NCBI RefSeq assembly: GCF_003918875.1
Contig: NW_025765448.1
Coordinates: forward strand, 1,364,001-1,428,000
Direction of reading: 5' to 3'
Length of the DNA stretch: 64,000 bases
DNA from: Haliotis rubra
Taxonomy: Eukaryota
Each line of letters opens with the position of its first letter. The first letter of the stretch is position 1. Both the position numbers and the translations under genes were made by a program. The notes under the pieces were generated by a model that worked only from the letters and a program-made list of their open reading frames with translations, was not told where the DNA came from and searched no databases. Below are positions 63,749 to 64,000 of this stretch, piece after piece.

Positions 63749-64000
63749 CTGAAAAAGAAATACAACCCATAAAAATATTTATTTTGTAATAAATTGATGT
63801 TAACTACGCAGAACGTAGGCGACTGGACATATGGTTAATATAATTTGTTTTCTGGAAAAAGGGCATTTGGAATCAATGTACCAAACTTTCGTGGTGAACA
63901 CGCCCTGTCGTCAGTATTTGATGATTCAAATCCACTGTCGGAATCATACAAAGGATTCTTCTTTCAGTCGAGATTTCTCACGATTATTACCACATACGAC

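Overview
Repeat-rich animal genomic DNA with spliceosomal introns. A mollusc such as abalone is likely, inferred from the SINE types. There are two N-gaps (12931-13078, 17751-17885), so single-base indels may be assembly errors. Right half (33463-63748, minus strand): 22 hand-mapped, phase-consistent coding exons of a choline transporter-like gene (SLC44A2/A4-like, CTL2/CTL4); the first coding exon lies beyond the window. One intron (44658-47030) is U12-type, and its branch-point sequence has been amplified into a ~26-copy 47-bp minisatellite. Left half (~4.7-28.7 kb, plus strand): a four-copy tandem array of an unrecognised two-exon gene. Its promoter has a GC box and paired CREs. It encodes a basic, probably disordered protein starting MGCNQS with three RPxAAKGxR motifs, and its 3' UTR contains a 59-bp hairpin VNTR. 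Copy 4 is intact, copy 1 is C-terminally frameshifted, copy 2 is frameshifted and copy 3 has lost its promoter and most of exon 1. Interspersed are R4/Dong-like retrotransposon fragments at (TAA)n sites, two Tc1/mariner elements, an L1/Tx1-like RT fragment, several MITEs, at least four SINE-like families and several minisatellites, two of them derived from SINE sub-motifs.
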